Origin: Trichosphaerium sp. ATCC 40318
Lineage: Eukaryota; Protista; Tubulinea
DNA length: 64,000 nucleotides
Assembly (NCBI GenBank): GCA_038496445.1
Contig: JALMLS010000502.1
Location: 78,939-142,938 of the forward strand
Direction of reading: 5' to 3'
How positions within the stretch are numbered: the stretch's first letter is position 1; every line of letters begins with the position of its first letter. Under the pieces are notes generated by a model. The model had not been told where the DNA came from. It did no database searches and saw nothing but the letters and a program-made list of their open reading frames with translations. Made by a program: the position numbers and the translations under genes. This document shows positions 62,934 to 64,000 of this stretch, in pieces.

Positions 62934-64000
62934 CTTGTTTGTTGAGGCGGTGGAATGCGCTAGAACGAATTAGCAACACTGATTGATAGAAAGTCGTCGG
63001 TACATTTTTGGTTTGAGGTTCTTTTAACATTTTGTTTGGATTTGTTCTGTGGCTATGCAAAGGTAAGACGACGTAAAAAATGAATAGTAGTATTATTAGT
63101 GGCATTACGCGTTATTTTGGAATTAGCATCAACATGAACGCCATAACCCCGAAACGGCATTTATGTGCCGTATGACCGCGAATTACGTACTTGTAATTAA
63201 TAACAGGGTGATACGTTATCAAGCAGCGTTAAAATACGCTTCAGCAACCCAAAATGGTTATATGCTTCCTAGTACCAAGTCTTTCGCGTTGAAAAGTGCA
63301 AACGGTAAGCCAGCAGCGAGACTTAATTTAGTCCCAAAAAACTGAAATAACAATTTTAGTCTTGCACTCGAGTGTCACATCTAATGTTTCTTATTACTGG
63401 TTTTTTACGCTCTCTACTTGCTATATACTGTATCCGCTCATCGCTCGCGTTGTTGAAACAGGGTAGGCAATAAAAATCGATTGGTACTAAAGAAACCATA
63501 TTTCTCCTACTTACGCCAATAGGTGATGGCACACTAAATATTGTTGGCGAAATGATCAAAAAGAATCAAGAGACGTAAAGGCCAAAGGAAGCTCTTAAAC
63601 AATATAGTGGACTTCAGAAATCTATCAGAAGTCACGGTAACTTCGTTGATGCGTTCAAAACACGCGACAAAACCTAACTCTTTGTATAGAACTGTGCCAC
63701 TCTTTCTCATCCTTTTGGCGTTATGAAGCCAGCAGAGAAGGTTCTGTATTCCAAAGTTAGCTGTACACATTTGAACGTTTTTTTAATTTCAAAGCTTATA
63801 TCTTAGACTCTAACTCTTTATAAGCGTGGTTTGTTCGTAGTGGCTAAGTTTTGCATGCGACTTTGGTATGATGGGCGCACGAAGACAAGGATTTGGTATG
63901 TCCGAAAGCGGGCAAATGATTGCCCAAAAAAGTTTTTTCCTTTTTTTTTTTAACTGAGTTATGTATCCATTTTTTAAGCTTTTCAAGCACACCAGTACGC

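Noticed and set aside
62746-63105. 119-aa ORF with a signal-like start upstream of the MORN gene
   Set aside because: The overlapping frame starting at 62933 matches the paralogous N-terminal module and splices in frame, so it is the real exon.

Overview
AT-rich eukaryotic DNA with short (about 45-60 nt) spliceosomal introns. It is probably from an amoeboid protist, since it carries an Arpin orthologue and compact intergenic spacers. The ORF track shows only exon fragments, so gene models were assembled by eye and boundaries are approximate. (1) 0.6-24.1 kb is a minus-strand tandem array of about 9 paralogues (6 apparently intact, 1 transposon-split, 2 decayed). They encode a secreted, Cys-capped protein with about 10 RTX-like Ca-binding repeats (GxxG[ND]DCI), and the copies are mosaics of each other. 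The first copy is split by a 3,027-bp DNA transposon (645-3671) with 25-bp GAG...CTC terminal inverted repeats, a 2-bp target-site duplication and an intron-containing, Sola-like DDD transposase. (2) 26-64 kb holds intron-rich genes: a double zinc-ribbon SSSCA1-like protein, a C2/Pro-rich protein, a FYVE-like protein, a porphyranase-like GH16, a GH29 alpha-L-fucosidase, DOMON-cytochrome b561, MORN-SAM, yellow/MRJP, a eukaryote-type chorismate mutase fused to prephenate dehydratase, Arpin, and a beta-helix membrane glycoprotein with a WW-containing repeat stalk. Interleaved with these are about 8 F-box-like genes (LRR or MORN-variant repeats), mostly intron-poor and disrupted. Window-wide signals include strong excess of the palindrome CACGTG and several GC-AG introns. 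No rRNA, tRNA or CRISPR array was recognised.
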